64,000 bases of DNA from Okamejei kenojei (GCA_035221665.1 CM069154.1:14074001-14138000); one strand, 5' to 3'. Counted from the stretch's first letter, positions 47,275-61,040 are shown. Program-made: numbers and translations. The notes: generated by a model not told the origin, from the sequence alone.

Positions 47275-50200
47275 ATAGAAACATAGAAACATAGAAATTA
47301 GGTGCAGGAGTAGGCCATTCGGCCCTTCGAGCATGCACCGCCATTCAATATGATCATGGCTGATCATCCAACTCAGTATCCCGTACCTGCCTTCTCTCCG
47401 TACCCTCTGATCCCCTTAGCCACAAGGGCCACATCAAACTCCCTCTTCATTATAGCCAATGAACTGGCCTCAACTACCCTCTGTGGCAGAGTTCCAGAGA
47501 CTCACCACTCTCTGTGTGAAAAAAAGTCTTTCTCATCTCGGTCTTAAAGGATTTCCCCCTTATCCTTAAGCTGTGACCCCTTGTCCTGGACTTCCCCAAC
47601 ATGCAGGAACAATCTTCCTGCATATAGCCTGTCCAACCCCTTAAGAATTTTGTAAGTTTCTATAAGATCCCCTCTCAATCTCCTAAATTCTAGAGAGTAT
47701 AAACCGAGTCTATCCAGTCTTTCTTCATAAGACAGTCCTGACATCCCAGGAATCAGTCCGGTGAACCTTCTCTGCACTCTATGGCAATAATGTCCTTCCT
47801 CAGATTTGGAGACCAGAACTGTACGCAATACTCCAGGTGTGGTCTCACCAAGACCCTATACTACTGCAGTAGAACCTCCCTGCTCCTATATTCCAATCCT
47901 TTTGCTATGAAAGCTAACATACCATTCGCTTTCTTCACTGCCTGCTGCACCTGCATGCCTACTATCAATGACTGGTGTACCATGACACCCAGGTCTCGCT
48001 GCATCTCCCCTTTTCCTAATCGGCCACCATTTAGATAATAGTCTGCTTTCCTGTTTTTGCCACCAAAGTGGATAACCTCACATTTATCCACATTATACTG
48101 CATCTGCCAAACATTTGCCCACTCACCCCAGCCTATCCAAGTCACCTTGCAGCCTCCTAGCATCCTCCTCACAGCTAACACTGCCCCCCAGCTTGGTGTC
48201 ATCCGCAAACTTGGAGATATTGCCTTCAATTCCCTCATCCAGATCATTAATATATATTGTAAATAGCTGGGGTCCCAGCACTGAGCCTTGCGGTACCCCA
48301 CTAGTCACTGCCTGCCATTGTGAAAAGGACCCGTTTACTCCTACTTTTTGCTTCCTGTTTGCCAGCCAGTTCTCTATCCACATCAATACTGAACCCCCAA
48401 TGCCGTATGCTTTAGGTTTGTATACTAATCTCTTATGTGGGACCTTGTCGAAAGCCTTCTGGAAGTCCAGATACACCACATCCACTGGTTCTCCCCTATC
48501 CACGCTACTAGTTACATCCTCGAAAAATTCCACAAGATTCGTCATTCATGATTTACCTTTTGTAAATCCATGCTGACTTTGTCCAATGATTTCACCACTT
48601 TCCAAATGTGCTGCTATCCCATCTTTAATAACTATCAGTTTCCCCACTACCGATGTTAGACTAACTGGTCTGTAATTCCCGGTTTTCTCTCTCCCTCCCT
48701 TCTTAAAAAGAGGGGTTACATTTGCTACCCGCCAATCCTCAGGAACTACTCCAGAATCTAAAGTGTTTTGAAAGATTATCACTAATGCATCCACTATTTC
48801 CAGAGCTACTTCCTTAAGTACTCTGGGATGCAGCCTCTCTGGCCCTGGGATTTATCGGCCTTTAATCCATTCAATTTACCCAACACCACTTCCTGACTAA
48901 CTTGGATTTCACTCAATTCCTCCTTTGACCCGTGGTCCCCTGCTATTTCCGGCAGATTATTTATGTCTTCCTTAGTGAAGACGGAACAAAGTAGTTATTC
49001 AAGTGGTCCACCATATCCTTGTTCCCCATGACCAACTCACCTGTTTCTGACTGCAAGGGACCTACATTTGTTTTAACAAATCTCTTTCTCTTCACATAAC
49101 TATAAAAACTTTTGCAGTCAGTTTTTATGTTCCCTGCCAGTTTTCTTTCATAATCTATTTTTCCTTTCCTAATTAAGCCCTTTGTCCTCCTCTGCTGGTC
49201 TCTGAATTTCTCCCAGTCCTCTGGTATGCTGCTTTATCTGGCTACTTTGTACGCATCATCCTTTGCTTTGATACTATCCCTGATTTCCCTTGTTATCCAC
49301 GGATGCACTACCTTCCCTGATTTATTATTTTGCCAAACTGGGATGAACAATTTTTGTAGTTCATCCATGCAGTCTTCAAATGTCTTCCATTGTGTATCCA
49401 CCGTCAACCCTTTTAGAATCAATTGCCAGTCAATCTTGGCCAATTCACGTCTCATACCCTCAAAGTTACCTTTCTTTAAGTTCAGAACCATTGTTTCTGA
49501 ATTAACAATGTCACTCTCCATCCTAATGAAGAACTCAACCATATTATGGTCACTCTTGCCCAAGGGGGCACGTACAACAAGACTGCTAACTAACCCTTCC
49601 TCATTACTCAATACCCAGTCTAAAATAGCCTGCTCTCTCGTTGGTTCCTCTACATGTTGATTTAGATAACTATCCCGCATACATTCCAAAAAATCCTCTT
49701 CCTCAGCACCCCTGCCAATTTGATTCACCCAATCTGTATGTAGATTGAAGTCACCCATTATAACTGTTTTGCCTTTGTCGCACGCATTTCTAATTTCCTG
49801 TTTGATACCATCCCCAACTTCACTACTACTGTAGGTGGCCTGTACACAATACCCACCAGAGTTTTCTGCCCCTTAGTGTTTCGCAGCTCTACCCATACCG
49901 ATTCCACATCCTCCAAGTTAATGTCCTTCCTTTCCATTGCGTTAATCTGCTCTCTAACCAGAAACGCTACCCCACCTCCTTTTCCTTTCTCTCTCTATCC
50001 CTCCTGAATATTGAATATCCCTGGATGTTCAGCTCCCAGCCTTGGTCACCCTGGAGCCATGTCTCCGTGATCCCAACTATATCATAATCATTAATAGCTA
50101 TCAGCACGTTCAACTCATCCACCTTATTACGAATACTCCTTGCATTGAGACACAAAGCCTCCAGCCTTGTTTTTACAACGCTCTTACCCCTTATACAATT

Positions 50201-50345
50201 ATGTTGAAAAGTGGCCCTTTTTGATTTTTGCCCTGGTTTTGTCTGCCTGCCACTTTCACTTTTCACCTTGCTCCCTATTGCTTCTACCCTCGTTTTACAC
50301 CCACCTGCCTCTCTGCTCTTGTACCCATCCCCCTGCCACATTAGT
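47275..50345 (-). mobile_element. CR1 LINE with near-complete ORF2 (endonuclease + RT), frameshifted
   Basis: [51 protein letters not shown] and FADDTK. Tail (CATAGAAA)n. Confidence 0.93.
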
Positions 50346-50399
50346 TTAAATGCTCCCCGACATTCATATTCATTAGCATTATATATTCATTAGCATTAT

Positions 50400-50820
50400 A
50401 TTTGGTAGTGTTCACAAAATTATCATCATACGCAGCACTCTTGCCACTCATGTGACCCCCTGGGGCTGATATCCCTTCCCTCATTCGATACCTGTACCAT
50501 ACCTGTCTCCAATGTGTAACAGCGGAAAGGCCCTCGACTGTGGTCCTCCCCACAGAGCCTTGGTGTTGGCTGCACCAAGCTCCAGACTGTCCCTCAGCAC
50601 GCACTCCTGCAGTCCAGAGTGGGCCAGTCGGCAACATTCCCTTACAGACATCTCACCCTGCTGGGAGATCAACATGTTTCTGGAAGACTAAAGAGCGTCT
50701 TTCACCGAATTGATGACCTTCCAGCAGCACTATATGGCTGTCTCTGAATGTGTCCCTGGGAACAGTCCGTAAATTAGAGAGTCCTCTGTTACGGAGCTGT
50801 TTGGGATAAACTGTGAGAAG
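50400..50820 (-). mobile_element. Tx1-like LINE 3' fragment
   Basis: Translates as LIYGLFPGTH..CWKVINSVKDAL..ECCRLAHS.LQE.VLRD, resembling a Tx1 ORF2 C-terminus. Confidence 0.55.
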
Positions 50821-50828
50821 GGGCAGGG

Positions 50829-51160
50829 GGGGCGGCACAGCGGTAGAGTTGTTGCCTTACAGCGCCAGAGACCCAGGTTCGATCCTGACTACGGGTGCTG
50901 ACTGTGTGGAGTGTGTACGTTATCCACGTGACCACTTGGGTTTTCTATGGGAGCTCTAGATTCCTCCCACATTCTAAAGATGTAGAGGTTTGTAGGTTGA
51001 TTGGCTTTGGGGAAAACTGTAATTTGTCCTTAGTGTGTAGGATAGTGCTAGTGTATGGGGATCGCTGGTCGGCGCAGACTTGGTGGCTGAAGGGCCTGTT
51101 TCTGTTCTGTGTCTCTAAACTAAACTAAACTAAACTAAACTCAACTCAACTCAACTCAAC
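50829..51160 (+). mobile_element. HE1-like SINE (full length)
   Basis: tRNA head with B box GGTTCGATCC and tail (TAAAC)n/(TCAAC)n. Confidence 0.8.
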
Positions 51161-51459
51161 AAGGACCCTTGCATCATTCTCCAGACTCTGCATATCCACA
51201 CTCATCATGTACCTCAATAGATGTTTAAGAAGAAACTGCAGATGCTGGAAAATCGAAGGCAGACAAAAACGCTGGAGAAGCTCAGCGGGTGAGGCAGCAT
51301 CTATGGAGCGATGGAAATAGGCAACGTTTCAGGTCGAAACCCTTCTCCAGACTGAATAGAACTGAATATACCTCAATAGACTTGGTTTGTCTCAGGACTG
51401 TGGATCAGTGGACATGTGGCATGACAAGTGGGAGGCTGATGTGACTCTGGGTCAGAATG

Positions 51460-52710
51460 AGTCAAGTTAAGTCGAGTTTATTGTCATACAGAGGCAGGTA
51501 TCGTAATGTTCGTAATGTTTTAGAAACATTTGGACAGGTACATGGATAGGACAGGTTTAGACAGATATGGGCCAAACACCATCAGGTGGGACTAGTGTAG
51601 ATGGGGCATGTTGGTGGGTGTGGACAAGTTGGGCTGAAGGGCCTGTTTTATGCTGTATGACCCATGTCTGTATGACTCTGTATGCACAAGATATCATGAG
51701 GTACACAATAGAAATCCTGCTTGCAGCAGCATCCGAGGCATGTGGAATCAGATAATGCACAAAAACACCAATTGCACAGAAATTACTCAAATTTGGCAAG
51801 ACAAAGAAAATAAAAAGACTGCAAAAAACAAGGCATTACTGTCGAGCACAATTAGAAAACCAGTCCATGGTAGTGGAAGATGTGGTCTATCATGTTGTAT
51901 TGCTTAGAGGGGATTAGGCCTGTGTAATTGATTAGGGTTGGTTAATGAATTGGATGGTTGTAGGAAAATAGTTGTTCCTGAACCTCGTGGTGTGGGACTC
52001 CAGGCTTCTGTACCTCCTGCCCGATAGTAGCAGTGAGAAGTGGGCATGGCCTGCATGGTGTCGAATCCTTGATGATAATGCCCCATATACTTGAGGCATT
52101 ATCGTGTAGATGCTCTCGGTGGAGGGACGACTGTGCTTGTGATGGGCTGAGCTGAGTCCAACACTCCCTGCAGCCTCTTACATTCTTGTGCATGGAAATT
52201 GCCAAATCGTGCCCTGATACAACCAGTCAGGAAACTTTCTACTGTGTATCCGTAGAGGTTTGTTTGAGTATGCGGTGACATGCTGAATTACTTTACGCGT
52301 TTAAGAAAGTAGAAGCACTGGAACACCTTCCCCATGATTACATCTTTGTGTTAGACCCAGGGCAGGTCATCCAAGATGCTGCCATTTTGGAATTTGGAGC
52401 CACTAACTCTCTGCTCCACCGACGAAAACTGGCACATGGTCTCTTGACCTTTAGCCTTCTGACATCAACACTCAGTTCCTTGGTTTTTGTTAACGTTGTG
52501 GGAGAGGTTGCTGTTGTGGCACGACCCAACTAGCTGTTCTAACTCTCTCCTGTATGCTGACTCATTGCTGCCAACAGTGACGTCTTCGGCGAATTTTTAG
52601 ATGGCATTGGAGCCGTGCTTAGCCACACAGAGTAGAGAAGAGGGCTGAGCAAGCAGCCTTGAGGTGACCCGTGTTGATGGTCATTTGGAAGAAATGCCTT
52701 CCAATGTCCA
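51460..52710 (-). mobile_element. Degraded Rex1/Babar-like LINE 3' part
   Basis: Peptides PQGCLLSPLLYS and NLYGYTVESFLTGCI..GN...ECKRLQGVLDSAQ. Confidence 0.6.
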
Positions 52711-55700
52711 GGAGATGTCTTAGGGGTAGCATGGTGGCGATCCTGACTACGGGTGCTGTCTGTACAGAGTTTGCACGTTCCCCCTGTGACCGCGTGAGTT
52801 TCTTCCGGGTGCTCCGGTTTCCTCCCATATCCCAAAGCTGTGCAGGTTTGTAGGTTAATTGGCTTCTGTAAATTGTCCCCAGTGCATAGGATAGAACTAG
52901 TGTACTGGTGATCGTTGGTCGGTGCGGACTCGATGGGCCGAAGGGTCTGTTTCCACATTGTACCTCTAAAACTAAAGCTGAAACTAAGATGTCCAGTGTG
53001 ACTCTGGGAATGAGTCAGTCAGTTGTGATTGGGTATGAGTTCCTACATGGTCTGGGTCAGTGCGTCATGTGTCATTCTTGATAACACATGAGTCTGGTGT
53101 GACTATGAGTCAGTGAGTCCAGCGTTACTTACTGCCTTGGATCTCAGGTGCCTGTGCTCTGTGTCCCTTGGGCTTATGTTGGTAACCCAGCCCTTCCCAT
53201 AAAGACGTATTTGATCTGTGGCCAACGCTGGCCTGTTTCACACCCTGAACAACCTTCCTGCTTTTTTTCTACTGATGTCATCCTAACTCGACAATAGAAA
53301 CTCTCTTTAGTTCTGCACACATGTCCTCTCTCCTCACTGACATTTCACAGTCAGTGTGCACTTTGCTGAGTTTGTGATGGAGCCTGTAATTATGAGGTGT
53401 TAACTGACAGCCCCCGAGAACAGCTCTGGTATTGTACCTCACACAATGTATCAATATATATACAGATCAAAGTCCATTCCGCCATTCTATCTCTCCCTCC
53501 TAACCTCATTCTCTTGCCTTCTTCCCATAATCCCTGACACCCATACTAATCAAAAATCTATCTCTGCTTTAAAAATATCCATTGACTTGGCCTCCAAAGA
53601 ATTCCACAGATTCACCACCCTCTGACTAAAGAAATTGCAATCCTTCTTCCATGCAAAGACTGTGAGATCGCAACCCTGAGCTTTTGAAGGTGGTGGTTCA
53701 AGTGTGGTAGGAGGGTCAATTAATTTCCAGCAACCTCCTGATCTGTTCTATTGAATTGAATTAAATACTGGCCCAGTGATCTTCAATGGTCTTTGTATTG
53801 GGAGAGTTGCTTATGGTCTTTCTTTCTCTCTCGACAAAAAATAAATATCTTTGCCTGTGTAGTGTTACTGGGTCAGGGAAGGACCTCAGAGCAGAAGGTA
53901 GAGAAAAGCAGAAGTGTAGATATCAATGTTCTGGTAGATCAGGGCGAGTTTCTTGCTCAACTTCCTCTGCAAAATACAAATGTTTAATCTTCCCTTGTCA
54001 GATTATTTTGGTTTAATAAGTCTGAGAACTACAAACTTTCAATGCCTTTTTCCATTCTACATGTTGCCTGGTCCTTGCCCTAGTTCCATATTTCCTTTGA
54101 CATAGGATGGTATTCAAGCCATCATTTATGCCAGAGAAATCCCTTTCCCCACCCCAATAATTTCCCTGCAACCTTTTCTATCCCCATTCCCATCCATTCT
54201 GCACAAAAGAGGAACAATCATGAAGGCACTTCAGTCAGGAACCAAATGGTGCTCCAAATGTCCAAATGTCCAAAGAGACCTCTTGGCCCCACACGTTGGT
54301 GCAGCTGGTTGTTGGGATGGGGATTTACCCACTGTCCAATGTCAGATACATGGCTCTGGACTGGTGGGGCCAATGCTGCAGGTCTGGTAGGACCAGGACA
54401 GTGGATCTGGTATGGCTTCCCTCGTGGCACCACAGATGGCATCTGCCCTAATGTGGTTCATACTGTGGCTCTGTGCTAGAGCTCCTGGAGACCTGGGTTC
54501 GGTTCACTCTCCAGAAACATAGCTCACTTTCCACAATAAAGAGGCTCTGAAGATGTAGTGTGCAATTACAGATGCCATCCTTCATAGGACATGCAGAACC
54601 AAAGACTTCTCAAGTGGATGGTAATGATTCAACAGTGGCAGAAACATCCAAAGAGTCGGCGCGGTGGAGCAGCTGGTGGAACTGCGCCAGAGACCTGGGT
54701 TGGATCCTGACCTCGGGTGCTGTCTGTGCAGAGTTTGAACGTTCTCCCTGTGACTGTGTGAGTTTCCTCCGGGTGCTCTGGTTTTCCTCACAGCCGTGTC
54801 CCTCACAGTTGCCTCTCTTACCGCTGTTTTCCTCACAGCTGTTTCCTTCACAGTTGTTTCCCCCACAGTTGTCTCTCCCGCATCCGTCTCCCTCCGCTTC
54901 CTCAAGCACAGCTGCCTCTGAAGAAGGTCTCGACTCGAAACGTCGCCTATCTCCTTCGCTCCTTAGATGCTGCTGCACCCGCTGAGTTTCTCCAGCCTTT
55001 TGTGTAACCCTGCCTCTATTACAGCTGTTTTCCTCATATCTCCCTCCAATACAGCTGCCTGCCTCTCTCATATCTTTCCCTCATATCTGCCTTACTCACA
55101 GCTACCTCAGAGGGAGAAGGGCTAAGTTTAAAGAAGTCTTGCCAGGCAGGTTTTATACAAAAGCATGGTGGGCGCCTGGAGCATGCTGCCAGGGTGGTGA
55201 CGGAGACAATTAAGAAGCTTTTAGATGGGTGCAAAATGCTGCAATAACTTAACGGGTCAGGCAGCATCTCTGGAGAAAAAGGATGGGTGACATTTCGGGT
55301 CGGGACCCTTCTTCAGCACATGGATACGCAGGGGTGGAGGGATATGGATCACCTGCAGGCGATGAGCTGAGTTTACCTTGGTATCATGTTATGGGTCAAA
55401 GACACTGTTTCTATGGTGTACTGTTCTATGATCCGTGACGCGGCAAAGGCAAGAATAAAAGGCTGACTGGGAAATATGCCCAGCGCTGACTAATCTCCAG
55501 CCTGAGACATTCTGAACATTCATGTTATGAGTAATGGGAACTGAACAAGATCTTGAAAGAGTGAAGTTTCCTCATTAACAAGATATAGGGCTGTAAGAGC
55601 TAGCACTGTTTCAGAGCCATCCATTAGTTTGAATCAGCTGCTATATTGTTCTCATATACCCTGATAGAGTCATAGAGTCATAGAGTGTGTAAGCATGCCC

Positions 55701-56266
55701 TTCAGCCCAACTTGCCCAGACGGACAACATGCCCCATCTACACTAGCACCACCTGCCTGAGTGAGTTTAGCCTATAACTCTCTCAACCTGTCCTATCAAT
55801 GAACCTGTCCAAATGTTTTTTAAACGTTGAAATAGGGACGTTTTTCCTGTAATAAGGAAATTATATTTGCTTATGCGGCAGAAAATGGCCATTTGGGCCG
55901 TCATGTCTGCGTCAGCTCTTGTGCAATCCCATCAATCCCATTCCCCCACTTATTTATCTGTAATCTACTCTCTCTCACATTCCCCACCCAGCATGACTCC
56001 CCCCTCACCCCCCCCCCCCCCCCCCCCCCCCCCCGTTCTCCTGACTCCCACAAATACTGGGGGTAATTTAAAACGATCATTTACCCTACCAACCCAAACT
56101 TCTTTTGGATGTGGGGGGAAACTGGTGCGCTTAGAGAAAGCCCAAGTGGTCACAGGGGGAATGTGCAAACTCCACACAGACAGCACTGTATTGAACTCAG
56201 GTCACTGGCACCGTGAGGAAGTAACATTAACTGCTGCAAACAATGTTGACACTGAGGTCCATTCCG

Positions 56267-56725
56267 TTTAGTTTAGTTTAGTTTAGAGGTACAGCTTGGG
56301 AACAGGCCCTCCACTCACCGAGTCCGCGCCGACCATTCATCACTCGTTCACACTCGTTTACACACTAGGGGCAATTTACAGAGGCCAATTAACCTACCAA
56401 CCTGGATGGACACAAAATGCTGGAGTAACTCAGCGGGACAGGCAGCATCTCTGGAGAGAAGGAATGGGTGACGTCTCGACCCGAAACGCCACGCATTCCT
56501 TCTATCCAGAGATGCTGCCTGTCCCGCTGAGTTACTCCAGCATTTTGTGTCTATCTTTGGTTCAAACCAGCATCTGCAGTTCCTTCCTACACAACCTACA
56601 AACCTGCACGTCTTTGGGACGGGAGGAAACCGGAGCAGAGAAAACGGTCCACGCATTCACGGACAGCACCCGAGGTCAGGATCTAACCTGGGACTCTGGC
56701 GCTGTGAGGCAGCAACTCTACCGCT
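56267..56725 (-). mobile_element. HE1-like SINE interrupted by an inverted Penelope-tail dimer (56409-56590)
   Basis: SINE tail (TTTAG)n at 56267 and head near 56725. The insert is flanked by AACCTAC(C/A)AACCTG. Confidence 0.75.
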
Positions 56726-57299
56726 GACTTAAACTGGATCCTAGGTGCAGAAACGTCCCAGGTGAAGGGAGCAATAAGCAGATGCTCCCAGTCACTCAGT
56801 ACAGCTGCTGGTATACAGTGGAGCTCTCTCCGCCAGAGACATGGGTTCAATCCTGACCATGGGTGCTGTCTGTACGCATGCTGTATGTTCTCCCTGTGAC
56901 CTGCATGGGATTGCTCTGAGTGCTCTGGCTTCCTCCCACATTCCCAATAGATGTGCTGGTCTGTAGGGTAATTGGTTTTGGTTAAAATTGTAGATTGTCC
57001 CTAGTGTGTAGGATGAGGCTAGTGTACGGGGTCATTGCTAGTCGGCACGGACTCGGTTGGCTGAAGGGCCAGTTTCTGTGATGTATCTCTAAAGATACTC
57101 TTGATATCTGCCCATTCCCCGTCTAATGGATGAGTGCAGAGCCCAGGATGTGTCCATGCCTTCTTCATTGGTTGCATGCGCTGGCCCATGTACTCCAGAG
57201 ATCTATCTGTCTATTCACCATCCAATGGCCAAGTGCACAGGCCCAGGTTCTCCACATACCTGTCCTTTCCCACTGAACACAAAGAACTAATGACAACAA

Positions 57300-57380
57300 A
57301 CCATGACCACAACAAATCCTGCCTCCCCCCCGCCCCCTTCACAGGAAGTGTCACTTGCTGCCGTGGTTATTGCTTAAACT
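57300..57380 (+). promoter_or_regulatory. Candidate RAB44 promoter/enhancer
   Basis: ACCACA (RUNX), CCCCGCCCC (Sp/KLF), ACAGGAAGTG (ETS) and TTGCTTAA (C/EBP-like) within 80 bp of non-repetitive DNA. Confidence 0.4.
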
Positions 57381-59131
57381 CAACCCGATAAAATCAACGG
57401 AAAGACTGATGCAAGTCATGACACTGGCATTTCTTTACAGCACAGAATGTGCACGGAGGACGTGGAGTGTGGAGCTGGGCCAGAGTTTCTCTAGATCGGG
57501 GGGGATATCACACACACATCCACACAGTTACTGGGACGGGCTGTCGCCAGCCCCAGGAAAGTAGAGACTGCATCCCCTGACTAACAGAGGAGCACACAAC
57601 TGTGTCTCCAGGAGCATGCGTCTGCACTGAGGGAGTCGTTCCGTGTGTGAGTATAACGACCTGTGGTGGGTCGTGAGATAGTGCGTGCTAAGTGTGTGAA
57701 GCTATATGCATCCATGTGCACAATGATTGTGAGTACTAGGTTGTTCCGAGGATCTTTGGCAGCTTGTTAGTTGTGGGTCTCGTTGTAGAGAGTGTCCCTG
57801 ATCATGTGTGTAGGTGTGCATGTATGTGGATTCGATTGTGCGGTGTGTCTACATGCGTGTCGTGCATGTACGTCTGTGTATAAGCACTTTTGTGTCCATA
57901 TAGGCATGCTTGTGTATATGTAGTATGTGATTGTGGGCTCATGCATGTGGTGTTTATGTGGGGAGCTGATGGTGCGTGTGTGTGTGTGGGTGTGTGTATC
58001 TGTGTGTGGGTGTGTGTGTTTAATTTAGTGAGCCCTTTGGCCCACAAAATCCGCGCACGGCACATCCTGTTGATGGTGGCTATTGGGTTCAATTGGTGAT
58101 ATTTAGTATTGAGACCTGTCAGTAGGTCTTGCAGATGAATCCTATTAATGAGGTCTATTGTTGGGCCTTGTTAATGATTCCTATTGTTGGGACCTATTAG
58201 GGATTCCTATTGCTGGCTACTATTGGTGGTTCTGTTCTAGAAACAAGGAACACACAAAAATTCACAAAATGCTGGAATAATGCAACAGGTCAGGCAGCTT
58301 CTCTGGAGCAGAAAGGGAAAGAGTGCCAGAAGGGTCTCGACTCTTGTCCATGTTTTCCAGAAATGCTGCCTAATCAGCTGAGTTGCTCCAGCATTTTGTG
58401 TCTCTTTGATGACTCCTGTTGTTAGGGCCTGTTGGTTATTCCTGTTATTTCCAGTTGTTGGGACCTGGTGTTGGAACATTTTTATCCCCCTTGAATTGGT
58501 CCAACTGTACGTAGGCCAAATCAAGGGGGATAAAAATGTTCTGAAGAAGGGTCTCGATCCAAAACGTTATCGAAAATGCTGCCTGTCTCACTGAGTTACT
58601 CCAGCATTTTGTGTCTATCTTCTATTTAAACCAGCCTCTGCAGTTCCTTCCTACACAACTGGCATTGTTTCCTGTTTTTGGCCTATGGTTGAATCTTAAT
58701 GACATTGTTCAATAATATTCATACATTGAGTAATAACATTACATGATTCAACTGTTAAAATTCTGCAAATCGAGCCACTTTTTTTTCCATTTTCAAAATA
58801 AAGAATAAAAATATATAAAAATGGTGGTCAAAAATGTCCAATAATAAAAATATACAAAACGTTCCTATTTATAAGTTTGGGCTGGTGTTTTCGATCTTGC
58901 TGTAAAATCGTTCAGTTTGAGCTGGAATACCACCAGTAGGTGGCAGGTATGAGCCATGTCGGCCTTCACTACAGCGGTCCCATCAGAAGGAGAGGAGAAC
59001 AAAATGGCAGCCTGTAGTTCTGGTCTCATTCAGATCTCACAACCTGGCTTCACCAAATCCAAGAATGCATTCTGCCTCGTCTCACAATCATTACATGCCT
59101 CTCCCACCATGGTATGATGAGCTTTCTCAAT

Positions 59132-59641
59132 CTTATAACCATATAACCATATAACAATTACAGCATGGAAACAGGCCCTCTCGGCCCTTCCAGTCCGTGC
59201 CGACCATTTGTTTTCCCCTAGTCCCATCTACCTGCACTCAGACCATACCCCTCCATTCCCTTCCCGTCCATATACCTGTCCACTTTACTTTTAAATGTTA
59301 AAATCGATCCTGCCTCCACCACTTCTGCTGGAAGCTGATTCCACACAGCCACCACCCTCTGAGTAAAGAAGATCCCCCTCACGTTACCTCTAAACTTCCG
59401 TCCCTTAATTCGCATGTCATGCCCTCTTGTTTGAATCTTCCCTACCCTCAATGGGAAAAGCTTATCTGTCTATCCCTTTCATCATTTTAAAGACCTCAAT
59501 CAAGTACCCCCTTAACCTTCTGCGCTCCAAAGAATAAAGACCTAACTTGTTCAACCTTTCTCTGTAACATAGTTGCTGGAACCCAGGCAACATTCTAGTA
59601 AATCTCCTCTGTACTCTCTCTATTTTGTTGACTTATAACCA
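59132..59641 (-). mobile_element. Short CR1 3' end, same subfamily as 18180-19995
   Basis: Near-identical to 18180-18680 and flanked by the 10-bp TSD CTTATAACCA. Confidence 0.88.
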
Positions 59642-60259
59642 AATGGTATGAACATTGTCTTTACTTTATCTCCAGTCAAGCTTCTCAGTCCTTCTACCGC
59701 TGTTGAACTGCCAGCACATTCGAGGCTGAGTGATGTTGCTTGACATCGCATGTGAGTGAGCTCACCACAGCAGTCCCATCAGTCCCACTTCCTCCCTGTA
59801 ACCTATTCTATCTTGCAAGCCTACCACTCTCCCCAAATTCCACCCCTCACCCATACACAACAGTCAAGTAATAGTGACCAATCAACCTACCCATCCCCTT
59901 GGCTTTGGGCTGTAGAGAGAACTGGAGCACCTGGAGAAAACCCACATAGTCATATGGAGAGCATGCAAACTCCAAGCATGGATAACACCCGAGATCAGGA
60001 TCAAACCCAGGTCTCTGGCACTGCTAGAAGCCGCAGCTCTACCAGCTGCACCACCGTGCCACCTGTCTGAGGAAGTCGGCAAATGTGGCTTGAGAGAAGT
60101 TTACCCCATTTGTCTCTGAGAAGTTATTACAGAATATTACTCACTACACTCTCATTTTTGTAATTTTAATTTGAGACGTAGTCATTTCCATAGGAAATAT
60201 ACACTGGGGTCATTTTTCCCGTAAATGGGATCCGCATTTATCTTGAGAATGAAGACACG

Positions 60260-61040
60260 AAGAACTGCAGATGTTGGCTTACAAAATAAATGATACAAGG
60301 TGCTGGAGTAACTCAGCGGGTCAGGCAGAATCTCTGGATAACATGGATAAGGGATGTCTTGGGTCGGGACCCTTCTCCAGACTGGTTGCAGTGAGAGCAG
60401 AGAAAGCTGGAAGTGAGATGGTGGCGAGACAAAGTCTGGCAAGTGATAGTTTTTTTACAGGTGAGGGGGAGTTTGGATTGGCAAATGGTTGGATAAAGTC
60501 CAGAGACGAAAAGTCAAAAAGTGTGAGATAAGGAGATAGGGGTAGCAGTGCAAAATGTGAAGCCGGGGAACTTTCGGTGTAAAGGGTTGGGAGTGGGGGA
60601 AGGAAAAGGGTGTGCATCCTGGCGGGACATGGGGAAGAGACGAGGAGAAAAAGGGGGAGAGAAAAGAGGGGGGGGGGGGGTGGTGTTTGAAGGATAGTTA
60701 CCTAAAATTGCTGAATTCAATGTTCATACCATTGGGTTATAAGTTCCTCAAGTAGAATATAAGACGCTGTTCCTCCAGTTTGTGCGAGGCCTCACTCTGG
60801 CAATGGAGGAGTCCCAGGACAGAAATATCAGTATGGGAATTGGAAAGTGGGTTAACAACCGGGAGATCCAGTGGGCCTTGGCGGAAGTATTTGGCGAAAC
60901 GGTTATTTCTCGCCCTTTGGAAAGAAGGCAACATTGAGAACACTGAACGCAGTAGATGAGGCTAGACAAGGTACAGGTGGACATCTGTTTCACCTGGAAG
61001 GACTGCTGGGGTCCCTGGATGGATGTAAGGGAGGAGGTGT
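60260..61040 (-). mobile_element. Penelope-like 3' fragment
   Basis: Peptides TCTLSSLIYCVQC and HKLEEQRLIFYL, followed by a hammerhead-like motif and the conserved tail. Confidence 0.75.

Noticed and set aside
50829-50900. tRNA-like sequences with A/B boxes (many copies)
   Set aside because: They are SINE heads continuing into SINE body and tail, not tRNA genes.
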